Positions 35,756-46,561 are shown, numbered from the stretch's first letter. The stretch: 64,000 bases of DNA from an uncultured Gammaproteobacteria bacterium (GCA_964566925.1 CAZMIZ010000003.1:30792-94791), one strand, 5' to 3'. The notes: generated by a model not told the origin, from the sequence alone. Numbers and translations are program-made.

Positions 35756-37524
35756 TTGACGGTCACACTTTTGGCAATGTTTCTTGGTTTATCAACATTA
35801 TGATTAAGTTCGACGGCTAGATAATAGGCCAGCAGCTGAAGGGGGATAATGTTGCTGATGGCACTCGTTTCGCCTAGATCAGGCACCTTAAGATGGAAGT
35901 CAAAGCTTTGATGATTATCTGACGAAATTCCGATCACTTCTGCCCCTCGAGCCTTAACTTCACTAACCGCATTTAAGATATCTTTTTTAACCTGGTCATT
36001 AGAGAGAACAAAAATAACCGGTACTCCCTTTTCTATCAGGGTAATGGCATAGTGTTTCAAATCGCCGGCCGGAAGGGCATGAGCATGAAGATAGGAACCT
36101 TCAATAATTTTTACCATTCCCTCTTTAATGATTTGTAAATTCTGGGCTTTGCTTAACAAAAAGATATCCTTTTTCTTAGCTAATTTTTTAGCCAGTTTCT
36201 TTATCAGTCGGTGATTTTTCTTATTCTTTAGATATTTCTTAATAAGAGAAGCGGTTCTGGCTAGGTTTTTAGTCCCCTCTTCTAGTTTATTCTCAACCGC
36301 CTTTGAGACTAAATAACCCCAAGCTAAATGAGAAACAAAAATCTTGGTAGACATCACACAAATCTCCGGCCCGGCTTGGGACATAAACTGATAATCGGAA
36401 ATTCTAGTTATCATTGAGCCCGGCATATTCACCAAGGAGGCAATTTTAACTCCTTTTTCTTTGGCTATTTCCAGGACCTCCAAAACATCAGCCGTTTCTC
36501 CGCTTTGAGATAGGGCAATGATCAAATCGCCTTTTTGGAACAGCTGGCCATACTCTTCGGCCTCAGCCCCAATCAGGCTAACGCTAAAAACCCCACCAAA
36601 CTCCCTTAGATAAAAAGCCATCTGAGCCGCTGAGGCCCCAGACGTTCCCGAGCCAATGGTATAGACATTTTTGGCTTTCTTGATCGTCTTGGCAAATTTT
36701 AAATAGTCGCCTTTGTTTTGCTTGAAGACTCTTTCAATAGCAAAAGGAGCCTCATTGATCTCTTTAATCATAAAATGCTTGTATCCTTCTTTATCAACCC
36801 GGCTGTCCCGAATGTTTATTTTTTCTAAACGGTAGGCAATCTTTTTCCCAGTTTTAGCGTCAAGCAATTTTATTTTTTGAGGCTGACAGATAGCTATCTG
36901 ACCATTATCTAAAAAAATAGTTTTTTCTACGTAAGGAGCAAAAGAAAGAGTGTCGGAGGAAATATAAATCTCGCTAAGGCCTAGTTTAACCCCAATTACC
37001 AAGGGAGAGCCGTTTCTAGCAGAAATAATCTTCCCATCTCTGGTTAAAATGATGATGGTATTTCTACCCTCAAGTTCTAGGAAGGCTCGCCTGACAGCCT
37101 CTTCCAGGCAATTCTTATCTTTAAATTTCTCTTCAATCAGCCGGACAATGACTTCAGTATCTGTCTCTGTTTTAAAGCGAACCTTTTTCCTTTTAAGTCT
37201 TTTTTTAAGCTCTTGATAATTTTCCACAATGCCGTTATGAGCCAGAATAAAACTTTTATCTGAAGAAAAGTGGGGATGAGCGTTGGTATCGTTTACCGCT
37301 CCATGGGTGGCCCAACGAGTATGGCCGATCGCCATTGGACTTGAAGAGAGCTTAACTCGAGCCTCACTAATTTTACCAGCATGTTTATTAACTAAAATGG
37401 CTGAGCCATTTTTGATGCCTATTCCCCAACTGTCATAACCTCGATATTCAAGTCTCTTTAAGCCAGAAAGGACTGCCTGGGTGGCGTCCTCTTTGCTGCC
37501 AATGTAGCCAAAAATGCCACACAT
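35752..37524 (-). CDS. glmS: Glutamine--fructose-6-phosphate aminotransferase
   Basis: MCGIFGYIG Ntn start and two SIS domains. Confidence 0.9.
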   Translation of the reverse strand: MCGIFGYIGSKEDATQAVLSGLKRLEYRGYDSWGIGIKNGSAILVNKHAGKISEARVKLSSSPMAIGHTRWATHGAVNDTNAHPHFSSDKSFILAHNGIVENYQELKKRLKRKKVRFKTETDTEVIVRLIEEKFKDKNCLEEAVRRAFLELEGRNTIIILTRDGKIISARNGSPLVIGVKLGLSEIYISSDTLSFAPYVEKTIFLDNGQIAICQPQKIKLLDAKTGKKIAYRLEKINIRDSRVDKEGYKHFMIKEINEAPFAIERVFKQNKGDYLKFAKTIKKAKNVYTIGSGTSGASAAQMAFYLREFGGVFSVSLIGAEAEEYGQLFQKGDLIIALSQSGETADVLEVLEIAKEKGVKIASLVNMPGSMITRISDYQFMSQAGPEICVMSTKIFVSHLAWGYLVSKAVENKLEEGTKNLARTASLIKKYLKNKKNHRLIKKLAKKLAKKKDIFLLSKAQNLQIIKEGMVKIIEGSYLHAHALPAGDLKHYAITLIEKGVPVIFVLSNDQVKKDILNAVSEVKARGAEVIGISSDNHQSFDFHLKVPDLGETSAISNIIPLQLLAYYLAVELNHNVDKPRNIAKSVTVK

Positions 37525-37526
37525 AA

Positions 37527-38846
37527 TTAATTAATTCTTTTAATCTTCGCTCCCAACTGTCTTAAACGACCATCAAGATCTTCATACCCCCGATCAATAT
37601 GCTCAATGCCCGATAAAATACTTTCTCCTTTGGCAATCAAAGCGGCTAAGGTCAAGGTGGCTCCGGCCCGGATATCCGGAACGCTGATTTCGGCCCCCTG
37701 AAGGGGGGTTGGCCCTAAAACATGAGCGCCGTGGCAATATTCAGGTCGATCATCTTTAAGGTTGAAATTATAAAAGCGGTCGGGGTGAGCCGGTTGAGGG
37801 TTAAAAAGCTTAATCTTCGCCCCCATCCTAACAATTTCTTTAGTAAACTCGAGCCTGTTCGTATGAATGGTTTCCACGACCTTACTTTGGCCTTCGGCCT
37901 GGGTCATTAAAACTGTCCAAAGAGGCTGCCAATCAGTCATAAAACCCGGATAAGGGGCGGTGGTGATATTGGTGGCTTTCAGCTGATCTTCATACCAAAA
38001 CCGAATGGTCGCCTTGCCTGTCTCATAATTTCCTCCGGCTTCTTTGATTTTTTCTAAAAAAGCGGTTAAATGTTTTTTCTCGACATTTTCAATGATAATT
38101 TCTCCTTTGGTCCCTAAAGCCGCACAGGCAAAAGAAACCGCTTCGTTGCGGTCCGCCATGATTTGATGGCTAGTCCCTTTAAGTTTTTTAACTCCCTCAA
38201 TTTTTATTTTCCGATTGGGTAGCCGCTTAATCTTCGCCCCCATCTTATTTAAAAAACTGATTAAATCATCAACTTCTGGTTCTAAAGAAGAATTTTCTAA
38301 AGTGGTTATCCCTTCAGCTAAAACCGCGACCATCATCAAATTCTCGGTACCCGTATGGGTGTTTTTTGGGAAACGATAGTGGCCACCTTTAAGCTTCTGG
38401 CAATTTAATTTAATCATCTCTTTCCCACATTTAACTTTCGCTCCTAAGGCCTTTAGGCCCTCTAAATGACGTTCGACCGGGCGAGCTCCAATCCTGTCCC
38501 CACCCGGAAAAGGAATCGTGGCTTGGCCAAAGCGAGCCAGCAACGGCCCAGCGAACATGATTGAAGCTCGGGATTTCTCGCCAATCGCCTGGTCAATCTG
38601 ATGCCTTTTGAGGCCACGGGGATTAATCAAAACCCTTTGGGGGAACTGAAAAGTAACCTTCGCTCCCAAACTATCAATGATTTTCTTGGTTAAGACAACG
38701 TCGCCAATCTTGGAAACATTGGCGAGGCGAGACTGACCATCAGCTAAAAGCGAAGCGATCATCAACTTAAAACTGGCATTTTTAGCCCCACCCAAACGAA
38801 CGCTGCCTTTTAGGGAGGTGCCGCCTTGAATTAAGAATTTGGCCAT
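37527..38846 (-). CDS. murA: UDP-GlcNAc 1-carboxyvinyltransferase
   Basis: LGGAKNASFKLM N-terminal pattern and EPSP-synthase fold length. Confidence 0.85.
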   Translation of the reverse strand: MAKFLIQGGTSLKGSVRLGGAKNASFKLMIASLLADGQSRLANVSKIGDVVLTKKIIDSLGAKVTFQFPQRVLINPRGLKRHQIDQAIGEKSRASIMFAGPLLARFGQATIPFPGGDRIGARPVERHLEGLKALGAKVKCGKEMIKLNCQKLKGGHYRFPKNTHTGTENLMMVAVLAEGITTLENSSLEPEVDDLISFLNKMGAKIKRLPNRKIKIEGVKKLKGTSHQIMADRNEAVSFACAALGTKGEIIIENVEKKHLTAFLEKIKEAGGNYETGKATIRFWYEDQLKATNITTAPYPGFMTDWQPLWTVLMTQAEGQSKVVETIHTNRLEFTKEIVRMGAKIKLFNPQPAHPDRFYNFNLKDDRPEYCHGAHVLGPTPLQGAEISVPDIRAGATLTLAALIAKGESILSGIEHIDRGYEDLDGRLRQLGAKIKRIN

Positions 38847-38849
38847 AGA

Positions 38850-39758
38850 CTATCCCTGTATTTTATCAAAGCCGACAAGTTTAATCTCTTCCTTAAGTTC
38901 GGTACCAAACTTCTCTTTGACTTTTTCTTTGGCTAATTTGATTAATTGAATAACGTCATTAGCCTTGGCTCCACCTAAATTAATAATAAAATTAGCGTGT
39001 TGGGGCGAAATTTGGACCTGACCGATTGTTTTTCCTTTTAACCCCGCCTGGTCAATTAATCTCCCCGCTAGCTTTCCCGGAGGATTTTTAAAAATACTGC
39101 CCGCGCTTTTTCCTTTTGGTTGATCTTTCCTTTTGGCGAAAATTGCCTCGGTTCGCTCTCTAATCTTTTCAGGATCATCCTTCCTAAGAACCAAAACTAC
39201 TCCGAGAATGATTTCTTTTGTTTTTTTGAATCGACTCGTTCGGTAGCCAAACTGACAATCTTTTCTGGTCAGTTTTTGAATCCGATTGTCTTCATCAAGA
39301 ATTTCAACTGACTCAATCAGATTATCAAACCACTGATCAGCCGTTCCCGCATTCCCGACAATCGCCCCACCCACTGTGCCGGGAATACCAGCGCAAATTT
39401 CCAAACCAGCAAGAGAATTATCAACTGCCGTCCTGACCAGCTCTCCAAGGGATGTCCCTGCCTCAGCCGTAATCTGCGCACTTTTGACTTTTGACTTTTG
39501 ACTTTTGACTTTGATTACCAAACCTCTCCATCCCTGGTCGCTGACCAAGAGATTAGAGCCGCCACCTAAAATAAAAAATCGCACCCCCAGCTGGCGACTT
39601 AATTTAACCGCCTTAATCAGCTCTTCTTTATTTCTTGCCTTATAAAACAAATCCGCTGGCCCACCAATACCAAAAGTGGTCTGCTTGGCCAACGACTCAT
39701 CCAGCTTGACCCGGTCTTCACCTAGGCCTTCAATGATTTGAGAATATCCTTGTGCCAT
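38850..39758 (-). CDS. murB: UDP-N-acetylenolpyruvoylglucosamine reductase; contains an in-frame repeat-encoded K/S-rich insert
   Basis: FAD-binding FGIGG...ILGGGSNLL. Confidence 0.8.
   Translation of the reverse strand: MAQGYSQIIEGLGEDRVKLDESLAKQTTFGIGGPADLFYKARNKEELIKAVKLSRQLGVRFFILGGGSNLLVSDQGWRGLVIKVKSQKSKVKSAQITAEAGTSLGELVRTAVDNSLAGLEICAGIPGTVGGAIVGNAGTADQWFDNLIESVEILDEDNRIQKLTRKDCQFGYRTSRFKKTKEIILGVVLVLRKDDPEKIRERTEAIFAKRKDQPKGKSAGSIFKNPPGKLAGRLIDQAGLKGKTIGQVQISPQHANFIINLGGAKANDVIQLIKLAKEKVKEKFGTELKEEIKLVGFDKIQG
39481..39515. repeat. Heptanucleotide tandem repeat cttttga x4 plus one degenerate unit inside murB
   Basis: Read directly; encodes KSKVKSQKSKVKS. Confidence 0.7.
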
Positions 39759-41134
39759 AAAAAGATATCACCGGCTCCCATGGTAATAATAAGATCATCA
39801 GGCTTGGTTTTCTCAGCTAAATACTCTATCACTTCTTTTTTTCCCGGACAATAAACCGCTTGGGGATGATATTTTTTGGCTTCTTGGGCTAAAAGCCGAG
39901 AGTTAACTCCAGTCAGCGGTTTTTCTCTGGCTGAAGCATAAATATCGGTAAAGATCACCGCCTCGGCCCGAGAAAAAGCCCGAGCAAACTGATTAAAAAG
40001 CGCCTTGGTTCGGGAAAAGGTGTGGGGTTGGAAAATAACGATCAGCCGCCGGCCAGGAAGCCAGGCTTTGGCTGCCTCTAAGGTTGCCTGGATCTCGGTA
40101 GGGTGATGAGCATAATCATCATAAACTCTAATTCCCTTGACCTCGCCAATCAACTCAAACCGGCGCTTGGTGCCCTCAAATAATTTTAAACCTTCTCTTA
40201 ATTTTTCCGCCCCAATGCCTAAATAAGTCCCGACCGCAAAAGCAGCCGTGGCATTTAAAACATTAAATTTGCCAGGAACATTCAGTTTTAATTCTCTAAC
40301 CGTCATCCCTTGATGGCTTAGGTTAAAAAGAGTCTGTTCTTGGCTAAAGTGGACTTTTTCAATCTGCCAATCAACCTTTTGAGAAAAACCATAAGTTTGG
40401 GTGGGCACTTTAATTTTGGCAAGAAGATAGCGAATATTCTGATTATCAAGACAGGCGACCAACAACCCACCATCAGGAATTTTTTGGAAAAAGCTAGTGT
40501 AAGCGGCCATGGTTGATTCAAGATTGGGATAAACATCAGGATGATCGTGCTCAATATTGGTCACAACAATCACTTTTGGCTTTTGAAAAACGAATTTAGG
40601 TCGATTATCAATCCCCGGAGAAGCCACGTATTCATCAGCTTCAGCCACAAAATGTTTCCCTCGATCATATCGGCCGGGCGCACCCAAAGAAGGAATCTGG
40701 CCGGCGCCAATAGCAAAGCTGGGTTGGAATTGGGCTTTCTTTAAAATGGTGGCGATCATCGCCGCGGTCGTCGTCTTCCCACCTACCCCACTGGTAGAAA
40801 TGCCAATTTTCCCCTCCATAAAAAAGCCAAGGGCTTCACCCTGGGTAATTGTTTTTATTTTCAAGCTCACGGCTGTTTTCGCTTCGGGATTAGCCAAACC
40901 GCCATGAGCACCGGTGGTAATCACTAAATCCGGCTGGCCAAGAAGATTTTCTTTTTTAAAACCTTTTTTCCAGTGAATTTTTCGTTTTTTCAAAATTTCG
41001 TCGGTGACAAACTTCTCTTCAATATCGCTCCCGGTTACCTTAATGCCTAAATCCTGGGCACAAAGAGCCAAAGCGGTCATCCCCACGCCTTTAATGCCAA
41101 CAAAATGGATGTGTTTCAGTTTTTTTAGTTCCAT
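39722..41134 (-). CDS. murC: UDP-N-acetylmuramate--L-alanine ligase
   Basis: HFVGIKGVGM and P-loop GVGGKTTT. Confidence 0.85.
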   Translation of the reverse strand: MELKKLKHIHFVGIKGVGMTALALCAQDLGIKVTGSDIEEKFVTDEILKKRKIHWKKGFKKENLLGQPDLVITTGAHGGLANPEAKTAVSLKIKTITQGEALGFFMEGKIGISTSGVGGKTTTAAMIATILKKAQFQPSFAIGAGQIPSLGAPGRYDRGKHFVAEADEYVASPGIDNRPKFVFQKPKVIVVTNIEHDHPDVYPNLESTMAAYTSFFQKIPDGGLLVACLDNQNIRYLLAKIKVPTQTYGFSQKVDWQIEKVHFSQEQTLFNLSHQGMTVRELKLNVPGKFNVLNATAAFAVGTYLGIGAEKLREGLKLFEGTKRRFELIGEVKGIRVYDDYAHHPTEIQATLEAAKAWLPGRRLIVIFQPHTFSRTKALFNQFARAFSRAEAVIFTDIYASAREKPLTGVNSRLLAQEAKKYHPQAVYCPGKKEVIEYLAEKTKPDDLIITMGAGDIFLWHKDILKSLKA

Positions 41135-41871
41135 CCGATTACTCCCAGCATTTCGCCATATGTTTTCTGATTGTCCTGACGATAAGAAAAGAAATCATTA
41201 TTTTGGCAGGCCGTACAAATTAAGGGTACCTCAATGTTTTCTCTTCTTATCCCTGATTTAATTAATTGAACTAGAGTTGGCTTTAGCAAATCAAGATGAA
41301 TCCCCTTTTTATCTTGAGAAATCATTTTAGCTAAATTGCCAAATTCTTTTCTAAACTTTTTAACCAAATCGTCACCAACCAGATAACAACAACTCCCAAT
41401 ATGAGGGCCGATGCCCACGATGATCTTTTGAGGATCAGCGCCTCTCTCCTTCATTTCGCCAACCATCTTTTGACCAATCCTTGATAAAATTCCTTCCCAG
41501 CCGGCGTGGGCAATGCCGATTATCTTTTTTTGGCGATCATAAAAAAATAAAGGCAGACAGTCAGCCGTATTCACCCCCAAGAAAATCCCTTTTTGGCTGG
41601 TAATTAAGCCGTCAACGCCTTTAATCACTTTCCCTTGGTCACCATTACCTACTATTTCAATCTGGTTACCATGGACTTGTTCCATCATCACTAAACGACC
41701 TTTACCGATCTTTAGCTTAGATAAAAATTGGTCTAAATCCTTATTTGAATTCAAAAATGATCTTACCTTTAAGTTGCCTGATTTCCGGGTCGAAAACCCT
41801 TGAATTAACCCAGGTTGATTGGCAAAACTTTCTAAAATCCAATAGCCATCAGCTTTTTTCATCTTCTTCAT
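41125..41871 (-). CDS. pgeF: YfiH/PgeF-family (DUF152) purine nucleoside phosphorylase/peptidoglycan editing factor
   Basis: Conserved His/Cys positions and the C-terminal CTAC...FFSYR motif. Confidence 0.7.
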   Translation of the reverse strand: MKKMKKADGYWILESFANQPGLIQGFSTRKSGNLKVRSFLNSNKDLDQFLSKLKIGKGRLVMMEQVHGNQIEIVGNGDQGKVIKGVDGLITSQKGIFLGVNTADCLPLFFYDRQKKIIGIAHAGWEGILSRIGQKMVGEMKERGADPQKIIVGIGPHIGSCCYLVGDDLVKKFRKEFGNLAKMISQDKKGIHLDLLKPTLVQLIKSGIRRENIEVPLICTACQNNDFFSYRQDNQKTYGEMLGVIGWN

Positions 41872-43184
41872 TGAATTTTCTGCCTCGCTTTCTCTTTTGC
41901 CTCACTCCCTAGGAGTAACGACCTTTTGTCTTTTCTGATGACTAAAGATTGTTTCAGCCGACAAAATTTATTTTCCGGTAAATCTCTTTCGACGATCACT
42001 CCGGGGCCAACAAATGAATTAGCGCCGATTTTAATACCCGGCATGACACTCGCATTGATACCCACTTTCACTTTATCACCAATAATTGCCCCTAATTTTT
42101 CTAAGCCGGTAGCCACTTTTTCTCCTTTGATTTCTGAGTGGACGGTTCTCTCGTCAAACCGCAAATTAGCCAGAACAGCGCCGGCGCCAAGACTAACGTC
42201 ATTTCCTAAAACGCTATCACCGACATAATTACCATGGAACCAGCAATTATTACCAAGGTAACTTCTGGCGATCTCTGTACCATAGCCGATAACGCAATTG
42301 TTGCCAACCATTGATTCGCGGACAAAGGCATTGTTCCCAATAATAGTCCCCGCCCCAATATAAGCTGGCCCCTTTACTTTCGCTCCCTCCAAAATCTTGA
42401 CACCCTTCTCAAAAATTACTGGTCCGGTAATGGTCGCTTTTCGGCTAATGGCCGGTTTTTGGCCTTTTCTTTTGGGAAACCGGTGTTTAAAAAACAGTTT
42501 CATCGCCTTTAAAATATCCCAAGGATACTTAATTGATCCCCAATAGCCTTGATACTCAACCAGACTAATATCCAAGCCGTCTCTGATTAATCTGTTTATC
42601 GCCTCCTCAAAGAGGTTATCTTTTTGCGTTTTTACCTTTCGAATCGCCTCTAGTAAGAGATCGGCGTTTTGGAAATAATCAACATCCAGCTTAACTAAAT
42701 TACTAGGCTCTTTTCCAGGAGAAGGCTTCTCGATGATCTTTTTTATTTTGCCTCCTTTTACTTGGAGATAGCCGCCTGAAAAATAATCCTTGACTTTAAC
42801 GGCGGGAATAACCACCTTCTCTTTCTTAGCTGACTCTAAAACCATCTTTACTAGACTCGAATTAAAGATATCGTTAGCGTTAACAATCAAAATCTCTTGG
42901 TCTTTAATTAATTTCGCTGCTTTCAAAAGAGCATCAGCTTGACCAAAGGGTCGAGGCTGGAGAATAACGGGGATCTTTAGAGAAGCAACCAGCTTTTTCA
43001 CTGAAGCAAAGCTGTCAGGGGTGGTCACGATGATCAAATCATTGATCCCTATTTTTTTAATCCGCCTAACATTATCCAGGAGAAGCGGAGAGCCAAAAAA
43101 AGGCAGAAGCAATTTATTGGTCTTAATGGGCCACATTCTCTTACCAATGCCGCCGGCAAGAATAATTGTCTTCACTTTTTTCAT
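41868..43184 (-). CDS. glmU: GlmU-like bifunctional protein: sugar-1-phosphate nucleotidyltransferase plus left-handed beta-helix acetyltransferase
   Basis: N-terminal LAGGIGKRMWP and C-terminal hexapeptide repeats; placement next to glmS. Confidence 0.6.
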   Translation of the reverse strand: MKKVKTIILAGGIGKRMWPIKTNKLLLPFFGSPLLLDNVRRIKKIGINDLIIVTTPDSFASVKKLVASLKIPVILQPRPFGQADALLKAAKLIKDQEILIVNANDIFNSSLVKMVLESAKKEKVVIPAVKVKDYFSGGYLQVKGGKIKKIIEKPSPGKEPSNLVKLDVDYFQNADLLLEAIRKVKTQKDNLFEEAINRLIRDGLDISLVEYQGYWGSIKYPWDILKAMKLFFKHRFPKRKGQKPAISRKATITGPVIFEKGVKILEGAKVKGPAYIGAGTIIGNNAFVRESMVGNNCVIGYGTEIARSYLGNNCWFHGNYVGDSVLGNDVSLGAGAVLANLRFDERTVHSEIKGEKVATGLEKLGAIIGDKVKVGINASVMPGIKIGANSFVGPGVIVERDLPENKFCRLKQSLVIRKDKRSLLLGSEAKEKARQKIQ

Positions 43185-44443
43185 TTAAGCCTTTTTAATA
43201 GTTTTCTCGTCACTCCCTGGTCACTCCAGGGATACTCAATTCTGCCAAAACAGATACTTTTCTCATGGCCTTTACCGCCAATAACCAGAATGTCGTCTTT
43301 TTTTGCTTTCTTAATTGCTCGGCCAATTGCTTCGGCCCGATCCGGCACCCGAAAAAAAGTTTTCCCTTCAACTCCACCTGCTTTTAAGCAGCCTTGGGCA
43401 ATTTGATCAATGATTTCGTTGACGTCCTCGGTGCGGGGATCCTCGGCAGTCAAGACGGCTAGATCGGCCAGCCTGGCGGCAATCCTTCCCATTTTGGGTC
43501 GTTTTTCCTTATCTCTTTCCCCGGCACAACCAAAAACAACAATCAGGTTTCTTTTTTTCTTCTTCTTAAGACTTTTCAAAACATTTTCTAAACCATTAGG
43601 AGTGTGAGCAAAATCAATATAAACTTCAAAATCCTGACCTTCATCCAGCTTCTCCATCCTCCCCTCTAAACCCTGAAAAGAAGCGACCGCTTTTTTAATT
43701 CTCTCAGTTGGAATTCCCAGCGAAGAAACCGCGGCGATGGCCGCCAAACAATTAGCTTGATTATATTCTCCGGGAAGATTAGTCTTAAAACCAAAATTTC
43801 TGGGGGTAAAATCAGCCTTATTTTTAATCCCGTAGGTAACCACTTTTGCTTTTCTGGGAACCACCGATTTCAGATAACTGAACGATTGATCATCTTTATT
43901 TAAAACGGCGATCTTCACCCTCCGAAAAAGCCTGGCTTTGGCCTGAAGATAGTTTTCGAAAGTCTGGTGATAATCAAGATGTTCACGGGTAACATTAGTG
44001 ATTACGGCCACCAAAAAATTACTTCCGAAAAGGCGGTACTGATCTAACCCGTGAGAGGTTGCTTCAAGAACCAGATATTGATAGCCTTGATCAGCGATTT
44101 CCCGCAGAAGGCGCTGTAACTTCCAGGGGTGGGGCGAGGTGACATGAAAACCGGTCGGGATTTGCTGAGAGCCGATCTTGGCGGCCACGGTGGAGATTAA
44201 GGCTGCTTTCTTGCCTGATTTTGATAAAAGGTGATGAATTAAGGTCGCCGTGGTAGTTTTGCCGTCGGTTCCGGTAACTCCAATCACCTTTATTCGTCTG
44301 GCCGGATAACCGTAAACCAGGCTAGCTAAAAATGCTTGGGGAAAATGATAGAAAAGATTAACCAGCCTATTAGGGAACAAAGAACGGAGGGCTTCCCCTA
44401 AGAAGCTATGACGAAAGGATACCCATACCTTTTTAATCATCAA
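43181..44443 (-). CDS. murE: Mur ligase, probably UDP-MurNAc-L-Ala-D-Glu--diamino-acid ligase MurE, with a short N-terminal domain
   Basis: P-loop GVTGTDGKTTT; the only Mur ligase left unassigned. Confidence 0.65.
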   Translation of the reverse strand: MMIKKVWVSFRHSFLGEALRSLFPNRLVNLFYHFPQAFLASLVYGYPARRIKVIGVTGTDGKTTTATLIHHLLSKSGKKAALISTVAAKIGSQQIPTGFHVTSPHPWKLQRLLREIADQGYQYLVLEATSHGLDQYRLFGSNFLVAVITNVTREHLDYHQTFENYLQAKARLFRRVKIAVLNKDDQSFSYLKSVVPRKAKVVTYGIKNKADFTPRNFGFKTNLPGEYNQANCLAAIAAVSSLGIPTERIKKAVASFQGLEGRMEKLDEGQDFEVYIDFAHTPNGLENVLKSLKKKKKRNLIVVFGCAGERDKEKRPKMGRIAARLADLAVLTAEDPRTEDVNEIIDQIAQGCLKAGGVEGKTFFRVPDRAEAIGRAIKKAKKDDILVIGGKGHEKSICFGRIEYPWSDQGVTRKLLKRLK

Positions 44444-44494
44444 TTAACTGATTATTACACTGCGCCTAATGGCTTGTATAATTTCCATTATAGT

Positions 44495-46249
44495 CTATCC
44501 CGGCAAAATTCCGAAGTAATCAAAAACCTCTTTGGCAATATCAAACCAGAGAGGGGCAGCCGTTTCTGAGCCCCAAGGAGAGGAAGTGGGTTCACGTAAG
44601 GTAACCAGCATCACAAACCGGGGATCATCGGCAGGAGCAAAACCAACGAAAGAGGCGATTGTTTTTTGCTCGTCATAATGACCCGCTACCGGGATTTGAG
44701 CCGTCCCGGTTTTCCCCGCAATCCGGTAGCCGGCGGGTTTAGCCCACTTTGCCTCACCATTATCGGTGGCATTAACCATCATCTCGGTCATCAGCCTAGC
44801 AGTAGTTGGGCTAATCACTTCTCTGATAATTTTTGGCTCAACCTCCATTTCTCCTTCTTCACCAACGACGCGCTTCACCAAAAACGGCCTCATCAAAACT
44901 CCGTTGTTGGCGATCGCCCCCACGGCCCGAACTAATTGGATTGGGGTTACGGCAATCCCCTGCCCAAAAGTAGCGGTGGTTAGATCAATCTGCTTCCAAG
45001 CATCTTTAGGTCTTAAATCTGGGCTCGCTTCCTCTTCTAAGTCAATCCCGGTAAGCTGACCAATACCAAAGTTTTGCAAATAACCAACTAACTTTTCTAT
45101 CCCCAGCCTTTCGCCAACAAAAACCATGCCGACATTATTGGACTGCTGAATCACTTCAATCATGGTGGGCTCGGTCGGATATTCGTTATTCCACGTGCGG
45201 ATCGTATAACCAGAAATATTACGAGGACCGTCACACTGACGACAACGAGTGTCGGGTTTAACAGCCTCGGCGTCCAGAGCCGCGGCCATCACCAACACTT
45301 TAAAAACCGAACCGGGTTCAAAAGAGTCGGCCACCACCGGATTAGCAAATAATTCTTTATCAAATTGGTTAAACTTAACCGGGTCATAGGCCGGCAGAGA
45401 AGACATCGCTAAGATAGCGCCAGTTTTGGCTTCCATAATGACCACTGAGCCACTGATTGCCCCATATCTTTCTAAGCCTTTTTTAAGTTTTTCTTCCACC
45501 ATAAACTGAACCGCCCGGTCAAGAGTTAAAAAGAGATTTCGCCCATCCCGCTTTTCTTCAGCGCTTGCCTCGCCCACCAAAATCGGCTGACCGGCGGCGT
45601 CTTTTTCGCGGCGCAAGAGACCAGTCTTGCCTCTAAGCTCAAGATTATAAAACCCCTCCAGCCCAAAATAGCCCTTATCCCGACCATTGATATCACTTCC
45701 CACAAACCCCAAAAGATGGGCGGCCGATGAAGCTTCCGGATAAGCTCTTTGCTCCTCTTCTTCAAAGCCTATCCCCTCAATAGCCAACATCTCAATGGCT
45801 GCTTTAACTTTTCTATCGATTTTATGTTTTAACGGCACCCAAACTAAATCTTCTCTTCCTAAGCGTTCTTTTAGTTCCTCTTCGGTGTTTTTTAAAAGTT
45901 GCCACCTTTCTTCTTTAGCGCTCGAATCAGTTGCCATTTTTTGCTCATCCAGCTCGGGGGTTAATAAAGGCGCCAACTTAGCCGCAATCTCGGCTGGTTT
46001 TTCTTTTAAATCGGGCAGCGAAGCAAAAACCAAAAAAGCTTCTTCGCTGGTAGCTAAAGGAAAACTATCCGAGGCAAAAATTTCTCCTCTTTTAGCCGGA
46101 ATTTCAAAAGAGACTTGATGTTGTTTTTCGGCGGCGGCGGCCAGATAATCTGAAGCAATTACCTGCCAATAAAAGAGGCGACCACCTACCCCCATCCCGA
46201 GGATTAAAAACCAAATCAGAAGAAGTTTAATTCTTAAGGTGGACTCCAT
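44495..46249 (-). CDS. ftsI: Class B penicillin-binding protein (FtsI-type transpeptidase)
   Basis: N-terminal TM segment, SVFK (SxxK), SNN, KTGT. Confidence 0.85.
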   Translation of the reverse strand: MESTLRIKLLLIWFLILGMGVGGRLFYWQVIASDYLAAAAEKQHQVSFEIPAKRGEIFASDSFPLATSEEAFLVFASLPDLKEKPAEIAAKLAPLLTPELDEQKMATDSSAKEERWQLLKNTEEELKERLGREDLVWVPLKHKIDRKVKAAIEMLAIEGIGFEEEEQRAYPEASSAAHLLGFVGSDINGRDKGYFGLEGFYNLELRGKTGLLRREKDAAGQPILVGEASAEEKRDGRNLFLTLDRAVQFMVEEKLKKGLERYGAISGSVVIMEAKTGAILAMSSLPAYDPVKFNQFDKELFANPVVADSFEPGSVFKVLVMAAALDAEAVKPDTRCRQCDGPRNISGYTIRTWNNEYPTEPTMIEVIQQSNNVGMVFVGERLGIEKLVGYLQNFGIGQLTGIDLEEEASPDLRPKDAWKQIDLTTATFGQGIAVTPIQLVRAVGAIANNGVLMRPFLVKRVVGEEGEMEVEPKIIREVISPTTARLMTEMMVNATDNGEAKWAKPAGYRIAGKTGTAQIPVAGHYDEQKTIASFVGFAPADDPRFVMLVTLREPTSSPWGSETAAPLWFDIAKEVFDYFGILPG

Positions 46250-46257
46250 AAGCTTTT

Positions 46258-46560
46258 TTATTGACCTAAAGCCACGGGAATCTGAGGAGTTAAATGTAAA
46301 ACTTGAGTGGCCCTCTCTAGGCCCAGTTTGGCTGCCTCTGAAGAAACCCGAGAAAGCGAACCCATTTTACTAATTTCCTCTCTCAGTAAAGTATTTTTTT
46401 GAGAGAGGTTATTCGTCTTCACTTCAAGCGCTTTAACCTTTTCTCCGGCCGTGGCCAGGCGATGGGAAACGATCAGTTGGGTAAGGAAAAGAAAAAAGAT
46501 AAGGGTAAAAATCGACCCCAGCAATTTTCTTGATCTCGATTTAGTTTGAGTTGACTTCAT
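46258..46560 (-). CDS. ftsL: FtsL-like small bitopic division protein (start taken at MKSTQ)
   Basis: Single TM segment plus coiled-coil; position between rsmH and ftsI. Confidence 0.6.
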   Translation of the reverse strand: MKSTQTKSRSRKLLGSIFTLIFFLFLTQLIVSHRLATAGEKVKALEVKTNNLSQKNTLLREEISKMGSLSRVSSEAAKLGLERATQVLHLTPQIPVALGQ

Positions 46561-46561
46561 T

